From Mobula hypostoma (lineage: Eukaryota): a stretch of 64,000 bases of DNA. The number at the start of each line of letters is the position of its first letter. Positions within the stretch are counted from its first letter, which is position 1. The position numbers were made by a program, and so were the translations under genes. Positions 26,290 to 40,062 of this stretch are shown in pieces. The notes beneath the pieces are model-generated. The model worked only from the letters and a program-made list of their open reading frames with translations, had not been told where the DNA came from and did not search any database. The DNA lies in contig NC_086097.1 in assembly GCF_963921235.1 (NCBI RefSeq), positions 148,678,001 to 148,742,000 of the forward strand, written 5' to 3'.

Positions 26290-26860
26290 CTGTGTTTTAC
26301 AGGTGTACTTCTGAGAGCATCCTGACAAATTGCATCTCCATCTGGTATGGGAGCAGTCAAGCATCAGACCGGATGTCCCTACCAAGGATTGTGAAAACAG
26401 CTGAGAGGAACATAGCTGTCTTCCTACCATCCGTCTGTGAGATTTATCAGGAGTGCTGTGTACGCAAAGCCCTTAGTATTATTAAGGATCCCATCCATCC
26501 ACCCAGCATCCTCTTTGACTGTCTACCATCAAGCAGGAGACTCCGATACATAAAAACAAGAACGGTCAGGATGAAAAACAGTTTCTTCCCCAGGCCATTA
26601 GGCTTACGAACTCTCTGCTGCATTGTATTCGACGAGTCACTGGTTAATGTGTTCCGTACATAATACTATTTAATATTAATGCACTTTAGTTTGTTATTTA
26701 TATGTGTCTCTGTAGATTTTATCCTTACCTTCAGAAGTTATCGGGTGTTATGTGCATTATGTGTACCATTGTGCTTTTACATGCTGGTTTGGAGAAACGT
26801 TGTCTCATTTCTATATACATTATATGGTTTTATATGTTATATATATGTATATAGTTAATG
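26290..26860 (+). mobile_element. Rex1/Babar 3' fragment
   Basis: FYRCTSESILTNCISIWYGS...RTVRMKNSFFP. Confidence 0.85.
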
Positions 26861-27254
26861 TACAACAATCACAATTTGTCATTGAACTAGTTGTGACTTT
26901 TATGCCTTAAAGTTTATAGACATGTGTGTTTGTTACAATGGGCCACTGAGAGAGATAAACAGAGAGGAGAGGGGTGTACTGCAGAGCAAAAGACTAGTTA
27001 CTTGAAGATATAGTTTAGATGAAATGTATCTTTTAAATACTTTTTCTATATCTCACAGTAATCAGATGGACAAATGTTTACATCATTGTTTTTGCCTCAC
27101 CAATCCTTGTCTGATAGTATCAGTTGCTCAGAGTGGTCGCCTATCACAATAGATAATTTCATTTGCTGTCCATTGTAACTCCCCATTTGTGTATTAGCCC
27201 TGATACATTCAAGCATTCACCTGACTAAGCATCTCATTTGGTTATGCTTTGTGC

Positions 27255-28290
27255 TAGGGGTAGATGCTTGCAGCTGGTGGAAGTTCTGAAGAATGATATG
27301 CCGGATGCTTAGGTCATAAGTGAGAATCAGGGGATTTCTATCCCAGTTCTGTCTGGAGAAATTGTGTGAAGACAGAAATGTGGGAAATGGATGCAAGTGA
27401 GGATTCCGTCAATAACTGTGGGCAGAAGTCCTGTTTTCCAAAAAAAAGACATTGCACTTATACTGGAGTGGAAAAAGATGCAGCAGAAACAGAGAAACTA
27501 GGAAAAGAGAATGGGCATGCCTACAAGAGACAGAGTGGGAACTGGGTAGTCTAGGTTGCTGTGACAGTCACTATCATCTGTGTTCCTTCTGACATGGTCA
27601 TCTGGAGCTCCCAGTTGCTAGCCACTTTAATTCTGCTCCCCATTCCCAGACCAACAGGTCTGTCCCTCAGCCTCCGCCACTGCCAAGGTGAGGCTAAATG
27701 CAAACTAGAGGAAACACGCCTCATATTCCACTTGGGTAGTCCACAACCTAATGGCATGCACATTGAATCCTCTAGTTTCAGGTCAGCAGCAACCCCTCTA
27801 TCCCTTTTCTGTCTTCTCTTGATCTACTCAGTTCATCCTACATGCATTCCAGAACCCTTTCTTTCTCCTCTTCCCTCTAGTCCGTGGGTCGATCTCCTGA
27901 ACAATCCTTCCATTGATTCCCCTCCGTCACTATTCATGTCTGCTCTCCCCACCTTTCTTACATGATTCCAAACTCTACCTTTATCTCCTATCAGATTCCA
28001 TCATCTTCAGCCCTTTGTTGCTTCTACCAATCACCATCCAGTAGCTTCCACCAATCACCATCCAGTTCCTATCGCTATTTCCACACTCCCTTCCTCTATC
28101 TATCGATTACTCCTCCTCACCTGAACCCACTTATTGATTACTAGTTCTTATTGAAACCCTTCCCTCCATCTTTTTATACTACCTCCGCTCTATTTTGCAG
28201 TAGAGGTGAAAGGTTTCGACTGAAAATTTAAACTACCATTACCCTCCACAGTTGCTGCCTGGCTTATTATGTTCTTTCAGCATGTTGTTT
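27255..28290. mobile_element. Old PLE fragments in inverted arrangement (minus 27255-27560, plus ~27600-28290)
   Basis: Plus-strand EAKCKLEETRLIFHLGSPQPNGMHIE and pyrimidine-rich UTR; the minus part resembles 5330-5600. Confidence 0.7.
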
Positions 28291-28299
28291 GCTAAATCC

Positions 28300-28810
28300 C
28301 TATCGCCTGATGGGATCCATTCTAAATCACTAAAAGAGGCAAAAAAGGAGATTTACACAGATCTTTGTATCCTCTTTAGCAACAGATGAGGACCCAGAGG
28401 ACTAGAGAATAGCCAGTGTTGTTCCTTTGTTTAAGAAAGACAGTAGAGATAATCCAGCAAATTATAGACCAGTGGGTCTAAGTAAAATTACTGGAGAAGA
28501 CTCGTATAGATAGGATTTAGTCACATCTGGAAAAGCATGGGCTTATTAGGGATAGTCAACATAAGTTTGTCCAGGGGAGGTCATGTCTTACAAGCATGAT
28601 TATTTTGAGGAGATTATTAAAATGATTTATGGGGGAGGGGAAGCAAATATTGTATACATGGACTTTGGTAAAACATTAAATAAGATCCCTCTTGGTAAGG
28701 AACATGGGATCCACGGAGACTTTGTAGTTTGGATTTTAAATTGGCTTGGACATAAAAGACAGAGTAGAGTGGTGTAGGTGTGTTATTCTGACAGGAGATG
28801 TGTGACCGAT
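28300..28810 (+). mobile_element. CR1 internal RT fragment
   Basis: VVPLFKKDSRDNPANYRPV, VYMDFGK, HGIHGDFVVWILNWL. Confidence 0.8.
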
Positions 28811-30024
28811 GGCATTGATCAGATCCAGGTGTTAATGGAATTATATTTCAGCACTGAATATTAGTGCCTTGACATTTTACACTAAGAAGCAAAAGATGTT
28901 GCTCAGGGAGCAAGCTTGGCTAAACTGAAAACAGGAAAAGAAGAGATGTAGTGAATCGGAACTCTTTATTTGCTGACTGGGTTCTAAATTCCTGCAAACC
29001 ACCAAGGGGCAGAAACTGGTGATCCATGAAGGTTCGGCAGTTTTGGGCCGTTAGATAAAAAAAAATAGGTTCAACTAACAGACTCCGCAATGATGCTTAA
29101 TTCCAACTACACCCTATCATATTCAAAACATAAATGAAAACTGTGAATGTTCTGCTGTTTTTCAGACGAGTTAAGAAATTCTAGTTTTTTTTGCTGGAGG
29201 CAATCACCTGAAACTAGAAGTTCTGTGATTGGAACACATAAGGGGCTAAGGTACAGATGAAGGGGCAAATAAAGTTGTATTAAAGGTACAGGTAAATTGC
29301 ATTCTTACCATTCTTTTTAACTCCGTGGGAAAGAATTGTATCAGTTTGAATTGTCATCTGATCAACTGAGTCTCTGGAGCCTTATCATTATTGCATCAAA
29401 TTTACCATTATACAAATGTTGTAAGTTATTCTTTTTAGCTTTAAGATTACACGTACAGTACAATGCTTGAATTTTTCCCCTTTGGTTTCTTTCCTTCCAT
29501 CCTTCCCTTCCCTTGCCCTCACTATAGATTCCGCTGACAGGAGTATTTTGTGACAAAGATTTATACAGAGTCATTTGCAGAATTTAAGACAATTGGAAGG
29601 TTGAATTTATCCTGCTGACTAGGCTGAGCCCTGCTAGTGACATGAACTCCAGTATGAAACAGCTGGTCACAAGTGGTGGGCCCCACAGTCTTAACCCTTT
29701 CCTGTCATGTTACATTAAGATTTACTGTGATGTTATTAGCTTGGTATAAGCATAGGATATATAAAATCATGAGAATTTTTTTTTTAATTGATGTGCAAGG
29801 ATTCATGGATGTGCAAGGCCATGGAATACGCCATTAACAAAAGACAAGGAAAACTACTATTTGTTTTGTTCTGAAAGGAAAAATGTGAGTGCATGCTTGG
29901 AATTCAACTAAAAAGTTGTGGAAATACACAACAGTTCCAAATGTTTATTGACATTTCAGATGAAGGCCCTTTAGAAAGGGAATCATTATTTTCTCTCTTC
30001 AGATCCTCACAATCTCCATCAGCA

Positions 30025-30616
30025 CTGGTGCCCCACGTGGCTGTGCACTTAGCCAGCTGCTCCACACTCATCACTGTGCCATATTTAAGTTTGCTGACGA
30101 CACCACTGCCATGGGCTGAATCAAAGGTGGAGGAGGGAGAATGAAGATCTGGCTGAGTGGTGCCACAACAACAAGCTCTCGCTCAGTATCAGCAAGACCA
30201 AGGAGCTGATTATTGCCTTCAGGAAAAGGAAACTGGGGGTCCATGAGCCTGTCCTCATCTGGGGGATCAGCAACTTTAAATTCCTCAGTGTTATCATTTC
30301 AGAGGTCCTGACCTGGGCCCAGCATGTGAGTGGCATTATGAAGAAAGCATGGCAGTGGCTCTACTTCTTTAGAAGTTTGTGAAGACTCAGCATGACATCT
30401 AAAACTTAAACAAACTTCTATCCATGTGTGGTGGAGAATACATTGACTGGTTGCACCACAGCCTGGTATGGAAACACCAATGGCAAATCCCACAAAAGTT
30501 AATGGATATGGCCCAGTCCATCATGGGGAAAGCCCTCCATACCGTTGACCACATCTACACAGAGTGCTATCACAGGAAAGCATCATCAGGAACCCCATCA
30601 CCAAGGTCATGTTCTC
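30025..30616 (+). mobile_element. Rex1/Babar RT fragment
   Basis: FKFADDTT, SKTKELIIAFRK, LYFFRSL. Confidence 0.8.
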
Positions 30617-31890
30617 TCACAAACAAGACAAAACCTGCAGATGCTGGAAATTCAAGCAACCCACACACAAAATGCTGGAGGAACTCAACCGGCCAAGCAG
30701 CATCTGTGGAAAAGAGTACAGTCGATATTTTGGGCAGAAACTCTTCGGCAGGAATGGAGAAAAAAAGCTGAAGAGTAGACCTAAAAGGTAGGGAGAGGAG
30801 AGAGAGAAACACAAGGTGATAGGTGAAACCTGAAGGGCGAGGGATGAAATAAAGAGCTGGGAAGTTGACTGGTGAAACAAATACAGGGCCGAAGAAGGGG
30901 AAGTCTGATAGAAGAGGACAGAAGGTCATGGAAGAAAGAAAAGGGGGTGGAGCACACTAGGGAGGCAATGGGCAGACAAGGGAATAAGGTGAGTAAGGGA
31001 AATGAAAATAGGGAATAGGGAAGGAGGGAGGCATTACCAGAAGTTTGAGAAATCGATATTCATGCCATCAAGTTGGAGGCTCCCAGACGGAATATAAGGT
31101 GTTGTTCCTCCAAGCTGAGTGTGGCCTCATCATGACAGTGCAGGAGGCCGTGGATGGACATTTCAGAATGGGAATGGGAAGTGGAATTAAAATGGGTGGC
31201 CACTGGGAGATCCCACTTTTTCTGAAAGATGGCGTGTAAGTGCTCGGCAAAGCAGTCTCCCAGTCTATGCTGGGTCTCATGGATATACAGAAGGCTACAC
31301 CGGGGGCAGCAGACAGAGTATATGACCCCAACAGACTCACAGGTGAAGTGTTGCCTCACCTGGAAGGACTGTTTGGGGCCCTGAATGGTAGTGAAGGTGG
31401 GCACAGGTGTAGCACTTGTTCCACTTGCAAGGATAAGTGCCAGGAGGAAGATCAGTGGGGAGGGATGAATGGACAAGGGAGTCACATAAGGAGTGATCCC
31501 TGTGGAAAGCAGAAAGTTGGGGGTGGGGGGGAAGGAAAGATGTGCTTGCTGGTAGGATCCCGTTGGAGATTTAGGAAATGCGGAATATTATGTACAGGAC
31601 GCGAAGGCTGGTCGCGAGGTAGGTGAGGACAAAAGGAACCCTATCCCTGGTAGGGTGGCAGAAGGATGGGGTGAGTGCAGATGTGCGTGAAATGGAGGAG
31701 ATGCTGTTGAGGGCAGCGTTGATGGTGGAGGAAGGGAAGCCCCTTTCTTTGAAGAAGGTTGACATCTCCTTCATTCAGGAATGAAAAGCCTCATCCTGAG
31801 AGCAGATGTGGCAGAGGAAGGGGATTTGAAAGAAGGGGATGGCGTTTTTACAAGTAATAGGGTGGGAGGAGATATAGTCCAGGTAGCTGT
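30617..31890 (-). mobile_element. Older Penelope-like element
   Basis: FQVRQHFTCESVGVIYSVCCPRCSLLYIHETQHRLGDCFAEH; FFKERGFPSSTINAAL; decayed hammerhead at ~30719-30757. Confidence 0.9.
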
Positions 31891-32804
31891 GAAAGATTTG
31901 GAACTACAGCTGGAAATGGTACCTTTCCCCCACTTCTTTCCAGAGTCCTGCTGTTTTTCTATGAACCCCAAGTTTAACTATCTCTCCCGGGGAGTTTGAA
32001 AGGACTCAAGACAAAATCAGATGGCATCTAATAAGCAGATCAGATCTGATTATATCTGACAAGATTTATCATAGTTCTTATCCTACCAGAAGGAAATATA
32101 AGAGCTAGAAAAAGTTCATTAAGATATGTTAATTTCCTTTTTACTTCATTTCTCTGAGCTCCGAAGCACCAGGATTGCTCTGCGGGGGGGAATTAGATCA
32201 CTTTCATCCCTCAAATAGATAACAGTCTTTTGTTATCCTGATCATTGTCGCCACCCAGTTTCAGATCAGCTGTTGGCTAAGTTTATGTAAGTGATGCTCA
32301 GGAGTTAAAATGTTTCCAGTGTCTTACAGCTGAACTATTTTATGTTAGCCTCAGACCTTCAATGTATGTCTGCTGCCTGAGTTAAAATCAGAGCTATTGA
32401 TTTTTGTCGTAGTAAAACAGCATGCTGAAAATATCTTTCTCAGCATATACTAAAGCTTCATTCAGGGACCATCCTAATTAGCTCTTACTAAATGCACCAC
32501 TGAAGGGGGAGCATTTTATAAAATAGAAGCTAAACAATTGGCATATCTGTCAAATGTGAAATTCCTTTGCTAGAACCTTTCTCAGTCAAAATCTCCCATA
32601 ATAAATCCCAATATTTTTGTAGTTATATAAATTAACTTTAAAAAAAACTATTTGATGAAGTGCCCGGAAAATAAACTTGTCAGCAAAATTAAAGCCCATG
32701 AAATAAGTGGGCCAGTAGCACCATGAATTATCTGGCTACGACTAACCCTATGAGCTGACTTGTTCAGAGGAAACCACATTACTACAGAAAAAATTTTTTA
32801 CAAT

Positions 32805-33160
32805 TGTATGGCATGATAATACAGCATTTAGCACCGCTGACTCTGAGGGTTCCAGTAAACTGGCATTTGATCCTGTCTTGAGGTGCTGACTGTGTGGAGT
32901 TTCCACGCTCTCCTGTGACTGCATTGGATTCTGTTGGTCCTCCCACATTCCAAAGAGGTGCTAGGGGGTTTATTTGCTATTGTACATTGCACTTTAGTTT
33001 AAGTAAGTGGCAGTACAGAATCAAAAGAGGTTGAAGGCTTGTGAGGGAGAATAAATTGCAGAGCTACCAAAACTAAGGTGGGTGGGATGGCTAGATGGCT
33101 CTGTGGGAACTGCCAAGGACCTGATGGACTGAACAGTTTGTTCCTGCGTTGTAATAAGTT
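32805..33160 (+). mobile_element. Old V-SINE
   Basis: tgtgtggagtttccacgctctcctgtgactgcattgg...tcctcccacattccaaaga V-domain; CR1-like 3' end. Confidence 0.7.
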
Positions 33161-33179
33161 ATCATTAAGCAGCACTGAC

Positions 33180-34420
33180 CCTGAGATGCATATGAGTTAA
33201 CAGAGCACTTCAACAATTCCCATCACTTTATTCTTATCAAGTAACATCTTTAAATAGAATGGGCAGAGTTTAAAGCCAGTTATCAAAAGATTGCCATCTT
33301 AACCAAATTACATTGAAGATGGTTTAGGAATAGAAAACTGGAAGTCATGGTGAATAGTTGTTTATGAGGCTGGCTGAACTCTTGTGTGATGTTCCTTGGG
33401 GGATACTACTTTTCAGATACGTATTTATGATATGGCTTGGCTATACAGGGCACATTTAAAATTTGCAGATGATGCTGAATCTGGTAGCATTGTGAAGACG
33501 AAGGAGAATAATGATTGTTAGCCTAATAAGATTGGCTAGATGCAAAACAAATAAAATTTAATGTTGAAGAATGAGAAACATAATGCATGTTGTTAAAATA
33601 TGATAGGAGCCAATATAATATAAATATTAAAAGAGAGGCAGGCAATCAGAGTCCAAAAGTACAGTATATGTGCATTTCTTTGAAAGTTGCACAACCTCCG
33701 ATGCTTTAGAAAATTTTTAAATGATAATCAAAAGCACCCTATCGCTAATGCTCTTTTTGTTCTCTGCGTCACTTTCCTTCTCTGCAAGTTTAAATGTGCC
33801 TGTTTTGTAAACTTTCCCCAATTCTGAAATACTAACTATATCTCTCTCTAGAAATACTTCCTGATATGATGAATATTTCCATTATTTTCTGCTTTTAGGC
33901 TACTTTATAAAAGGATAGGCATTGGAGTTCAAAATCATGTTTAGAAAGCGCTCTTTCAGCCGTAGGCATATCGAAGACAGATTGAGAAAGGACGGAGAGA
34001 AGGCGGAGTAAAGAATTAGAATGGTCAAAGGAATTGGTAGACCATTCTTATCTACAACAGATAAGACTATTGCAGTGTTCAAAATCATGAAGAGTCTAAA
34101 CAAACTGATTAAAGAAAAGCTAGGTAGAACTAGGAAGAGTTGGGAATGAGAGAACTCAGATTGATAGTAAATAGCAAAAGAACTAAAGGTGGCATAACGA
34201 AAAATTTCTTCACAGAGCATACGTTCATTGACTGAAAGGATTGTGGAATTAATTTCAATCATGGTTTTCAAAAAGTAATTGAATAAATACTTAAAGAAAA
34301 AGCTGCTCAGTTACAAGGGGACAGAGCTGAGGAATGGACTGAACGATTGTTTTTACAGAGGTCTGGCACTGGCTCGATGGATTGAATGGTTCCATTGGTT
34401 CATTGTTGCATGAGATCTTT
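33180..34420 (+). mobile_element. Ancient CR1 fragment, with a PLE-end remnant at ~33690-33890
   Basis: LKFADD at ~33457-33474 and a decayed CR1 3' UTR. Confidence 0.6.
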
Positions 34421-35109
34421 TGCACAAGGTTGACAGGCTGAAATGAGCCTCAGTTTAATGGAACATCTCCTGTACATTCTGTTACCAAACACCCAGTTTC
34501 TCAGTCTTGCTAATGTGTCAAACCCAATCATACATATGTTCAAGTTTGGATGTAGTCTGAGATTCAAACATTTCCAAGTTTCCATTTGAGCTAGGTTAAA
34601 TTACAAATTAAATTACGATAGAAATGTTACTTTAACATATAAAGTCTGTTTGTACCTGAAAGGAAAAGATAAATTAACCAATGTTCCATTGGGATTTTAC
34701 TGTTTGAACCAGGAGCCTGCAGCCAGGAGTCCATCACCATCTTGACACCCTTCACGTTCAGGGATTCTGATTTAGAAACTTGCTTAAACAGAGTTGTTAT
34801 CTCCTCTGGAGGATAGATATGGCTGCCAGCGGGTCAGCAAGCAGAGAGAAGTTAAAAATTTATAGACATTTTTAACCTCTCCCTGCTTCAGTCTGTGGTT
34901 TCCTCTTGCTTTAAGAAGAGTATTATCATCCTGGTAAGGAAGGCAAGGAACTTGCCTTAATGACTACTGCCCAGTGACTCTGACATCTGAAGTACTTTGA
35001 GAGGCTGGCCAGGACTTGCACTAACTCCAGCATTCTAAACCACATCAAACTAATGCAATGGCCACAGTAGACGAAGCGGTATTACTGATGAGATAACATG
35101 AGAACAGAC

Positions 35110-38100
35110 CCAAGAACACTAGCAGCAGTAAGGCACCTGGCTCATGAAGCCTGCGCAAGGTTCAATATGATCATAGCTATTCTACCCCAGGTCTCTGTTT
35201 CTATACCACTTCTCCATAGCGCTTGATACCCTCTTTTTAAAAATGTGTCTATAGTACCTTCTCTAAATACCTTCAGTGATGTAGACTTTGCAACCCTTTT
35301 CAGTAGAAAATTCCACAAATGCACCACACCCCTCTATATGAAAAGAAATTTCTGTATATCTTAGTTTTCAATGACTGCTTCCTTAAATTGCAATTATGTC
35401 CTTTGGTTCAAAACTATCTCCAAGATTCCGACACTAATGAAAATATTTCAACATTTACCTTTTCACACTTCCAGAGGATCTTTATTTGTTTAAATGAGAT
35501 CACTCTTTATCTAAATTCAAAACATATAGGTTTAATATTTTTAATTGTTCTTGATATGACAACTCTCTCATCCTAGAAAGTAGCCCAGTGTGTCTCCTCA
35601 GGACTGCCTCCAATGCTAGTATAACATCTCTTATCTAAGGAATCCAAATCTATCCAAGTAGTCTTGGTACAGCCTCTCTGACATTCTATGCAGTTGTAAC
35701 AATGTTCTCTATTTTTAAAATTCAACCCCTGACTATGAATGCTAATATGGCATTTGGCCTTCTACCTATTTGTTTCATCTCCATAATAACTATTTGTGTA
35801 TCATGCACAAGAGCACCCAGAATCCTGTGATCCACACATTTGAATTCCCTCTCCATTTAAACAAGTCTCCCTTTTGATTCCTTCTACCAAAATGAATGAC
35901 CATACACATTCTTACATTAAATTCCATTTGCCAGATTTTTATCCACTTACTATATCCCGTTTATCTCCAAATATCCGCATTGTAGAATGCTCTCCCACCC
36001 ATAAACCTGGATTCAAGACGGCTTACCCCCTTACCCACTCTTTAATATAGATGGTAAGTAACTGAGGGCCAAGAATTGATCTTGAGAGTATTCCACTATT
36101 GAAAAAGCATGTATTTATTCCACCTGCAATGAATAATGTTTATTATTTTATATAATAAAAAATCTTCAATACATGTTGTTTCCCTTATTACCTTGAGCTT
36201 TTACATTGTATACGAAGCATTTTATGTGGTACCTTATCAAATGCCTTCTGGAAATCCAAATGTACTACATTGACAGGTCTACAGGTTACCATGTATCAAC
36301 TCTCATTGTTATATCCTTGAAGAAATCTGTCTAATTTAATAAAGATCATTTGCCTTTCATAAAACTATGGTGACTATTTATATGACTGTTTCTTCCTCAA
36401 TTGCACCTTCTCCAACTATAGCTAATGACCTATAGTTTCCTGTTCTACCCTTTTGAACAACGAGTTACATTTGGAGTTTGGAAATCTACAGATTCCTTCC
36501 TCAATGAACCTTAAGAAACTTCAACCGACATTTGGACCTGGTGACTTGTTTGCTTTTAGTCACATACATTTTTTCCAATATATTGTCCCTCATGACAAGA
36601 ATTGTTACTATTTAAAACTAGTCCATTTGAATCTAATTCATTTATTATCCTTTGAATATATTCAATATCTGCCACCATAAAGACCAGCAAAGCACTGGTT
36701 GAAAACATCTTCTATTTCCTTGTTTTTTTGTTATTAATTATTGTATATATATTATAACTACTCTATTTGTTTGCTTTGTTATTTCTTGCCAGTTTACTCT
36801 CGTAATTGACCAATGCTAGTTCCTGAAAAAATTCCAGTCCACTGGTCCACCACTAGTTTTTGACACTGTATAATCTAGTTTTTGATTTAATGTTTTCCTT
36901 GACCTTTTTTGTTAACCACAGATGGTTTCTTTCTCACCAAGACCCTCTTCTGATTGAGATAAGTTCCTGCTGAGCAGCTGCTTAAATATCTGGCAGTGTT
37001 CAGCTACAGTCCGTTTCTTCTTTATATTTTCCCAGTCCACTCTAAGCAATTCTTCTTTCATATCTTTGTAATTTCATTATTTAAGTTAAGGACAGTGGTT
37101 TGGGATCACAGGTGTTCACCATCAAACTATATATGAATTCTACTATGTTGCAATCACTAGTCCATAGAAGGTCCTAAACTACTAGTTCTGTTATACTAAT
37201 GCTGCCTCAGTGCATGTGGTCAAATCTAAGGTAGGTTGTATCCATGTAGGCTTGAAATATATTGCTCTAAGCAATAAGCCCTGATATACTTCATAAATCT
37301 CACTTTCATAGTATCCTTGCCAAATTGTTTAATCAAAAATACAGAGTAAAATCACCCATTACAATTACAGCTCCCTTCTTTGACACTTCCCTGTTTACCC
37401 TACAATGGGGTTAAACTTTGAGGGCATACAGACTTCCCCTACTTGTGTTTTCTTTTCCATTTTTCCATCCAAAATGATTCCAGATCATGATCCACTGCAT
37501 CAATATCACTACTCACCACTGGACTGATATCTACCTTGGTTAGTAATGCTACCACACCTTCTTTCCTTCTTTGTGCACTCTTTTGGAATACAGTATTGAA
37601 AACTATGAACTATTAAATTCCCAGTCCTGGTCACTCTATAATCACATCTTAAAACAGCTGGAGATCAATCTCATTTATTTCTGCTTGTGTTATCAACTCA
37701 GCTATCATCTTACAACTGCCATGTGTTTTCATATAAAACTTTTAATATTTGACTTTTTGCAGTTTTAATTTACACCATTTTTTGGGCACTTTTGCTTATA
37801 TTTTCTGCCCCATCCTCTCATATCTTGGTTTTCATTCTCCCTTTCACTATCTTGTGCCACTGCTCTCTTATTGCTTTATGGCTTATTACACTTCCACCAC
37901 TTGACTTTTCCCATTCCAACACAACCAATCAGTTAAAGCCCTATCTACACTATTTGTGCAATTAGCTAGTACATTGATCTCAGCATGTTTCAAATGAAGC
38001 CATTCCCCATGGATTAGCTTTCTTTTTCTCTAGTATGGGTGCCAGTGCCCCATGACTAAAACCCATTTTTCCCATACCAATGTTTGAACTTATTTACTTC

Positions 38101-38350
38101 TCTAATCTTATTTAATCCTCTGTCAATTACTTTCTTCATTCTGCTTTTCAAATAGGCCCTGAGCTTCTCATAATCCCTCAGCCAAAGCTTTTTCCTAAAC
38201 CTAGTCAGTAGTTCCTGAACAGAGCACGACAAACGTATCTACCCCCTTCGACTCTAAATTTCTTTCCTGCCTAGAATAAAGGTCCTTAACCCTGGAACAG
38301 GGTGGTCTCTGTTTTCACTGCAAAATAGATTGTATGTTCCCCTAACTATG
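35110..38350 (-). mobile_element. Long ancient CR1 LINE, heavily decayed
   Basis: Minus-strand VVHLDFQKAFDKVPH at ~36225-36270; CR1 3' UTR near 35110-35330. Confidence 0.7.
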
Positions 38351-38367
38351 CCATCTCATATGACTAC

Positions 38368-38587
38368 GCAAACAACAGGAATTCTGCAGATGCTGGAAAT
38401 TCAAGCAACACACATCAAAGTTGCTGGTGAACGCAGCAGGCCAGGCAGCATCTCTAGAAAGAGGTACAGTCGACGTTTCAGGCCGAGACCCTCGTCAGAA
38501 GGGTCTCGGCCTGAAACGTCAACTGCACCTCTTCCTAGAGATGCTGCCTGGCCTGCTGCGTTCACCAGCAACTTTAATGTGTGTTGC
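38368..38587. mobile_element. Young PLE-end fold-back mini-element (88-bp inverted arms)
   Basis: Arms 38405-38492 and 38500-38587; unpaired ~34-nt extension on the left; TSD CATC(T/C)CATATGACTAC at 38352-38367 and 38587-38602. Confidence 0.92.
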
Positions 38588-38719
38588 ATCCCATATGACT
38601 ACTTCATTTTTCCCCTCTCACTCCACTTGAATACCCCTGCTGCTCTGGATAGTTTGCGCATTCTTCCTCCTGGTTCCAGCCTCATCTAAAAAGGGAGCAA
38701 GAATGTCCATTGGACAAGT

Positions 38720-39210
38720 CTGTGATTGTTGTTGAACATCCATTTGTCTAACTTCCAGTAATTTCTCCCCCCGTCCCCCTTCTCTCTTTTACCTTTCCCC
38801 ATTTGAGCTTCCCTCCTACACTTTCTCTTCTCCTTACCTGCCCATCACCCCTCTCTGGTGTCCCTCCCCCTTCCCATTCTCCCATGGTCTACTGTCCTCG
38901 ATATCAGGTTTCCTCTTCAGCCCTTTTCCTCTTCTGTCTATCACCTCCCAGCTCCTCACTTCACCCCTCCCCCACCCAGCCACATTCCCCCTCAACTAGT
39001 TTCACTTATCACCTGCCAGCTTGTATTCCTACCCCTCCCCCCCACCCCCACCTTTTGTTCTGACTTTTTCCCACTTTCGTTCCAGTCTTGACCTGAAATG
39101 TCAACTGTTCACTCCTCTCCATTGATGCAGTCAAACCTGCTGTATTCCTCCAGCATTCTGTATGTGTTGCACTGGATTTCCAGCATTTGCAGAATCTCTT
39201 GTGTTTATGA
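38720..39210 (+). mobile_element. Older PLE 3' end, hammerhead partly deleted
   Basis: Pyrimidine-rich UTR, ccagtcttgacctgaaatgtcaactg, ...gatttccagcatttgcagaatctcttgtgttt. Confidence 0.8.
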
Positions 39211-39654
39211 TCATTGTGAGATTTGTAGTGAATGACTATACACACGGAGGAGTCAGGAAAAACAGAAAAAAAACGGCTGAATGGCCCTATACAATTAATG
39301 CTTCCACATAATCTCTTTTCAGATGTCAATCAATTTCCCTTGCATTTCCAACATATTCTGTATTTGTTGTAACTTAACGTAATTAGCCTGAGGATTGGAT
39401 TATGGTTTGGTCTTTCGTTTAGTTTTAGTGACCCCAGTTTCAAAAATGCAACCTACATTCTGCCTGCATTTTGCTGATGCAAGTATTGGAATGTGTTCAG
39501 CTTAGAGTGTTGGTTTGGCTGAGATCAGCAACGGCTTGCAGCCTGCCCTACATGAATGATTAACAGACATTCAGGATGACATCTACAAAGTTAGCCTAGT
39601 GGATGATAAATGCCTGGCTCCTCTGCATTGATTTGAATTGAGATTGATTTCATA

Positions 39655-39860
39655 TGGGGAATGGGTGATACAGTGGCTTTCACTTCTAGAATTTGGGTTC
39701 AAAACAAGTCCATACCAAAGAGAAGAAAGTTTCCTCTGCTATTTATAAAAGTCCCAAATGAATTGAGTTCGGCCCGTATTCATTCAATTCCTAAAGGGTA
39801 CATGCTGAAAAAGTAAAAATGTCTTTAATTTAACAAGAATTAGCATTGCCATACAGATAC
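39655..39860 (+). mobile_element. Possible LF-SINE-like relic
   Basis: atgggtgatacagtggctttcacttctagaatttgggttcaaa and aaatgaattgag...caattcctaaagggtaca resemble the LF-SINE 5' half as I recall it. Confidence 0.45.
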
Positions 39861-40062
39861 CATAGGTTTGCAGGAGGTGCTCCTTTCAGTCACCATTGGA
39901 GCTTTGGGTATCTCAGTACATCAGCATGGAAATCTTTCTCTAAATTCCATCCATTTTGTACTGTCCTTTAAAGAATGACTCAAATCCTAGCTCATTGATG
40001 TTTGATCACATACATGCTCCAGGGTTATTTCAATCAATTTTCCATAATTTTCTGTTTAGCAT

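Noticed and set aside
28021..28066. 24-bp tandem duplication
   Set aside because: Two units inside a decayed PLE UTR; ordinary slippage, not an array
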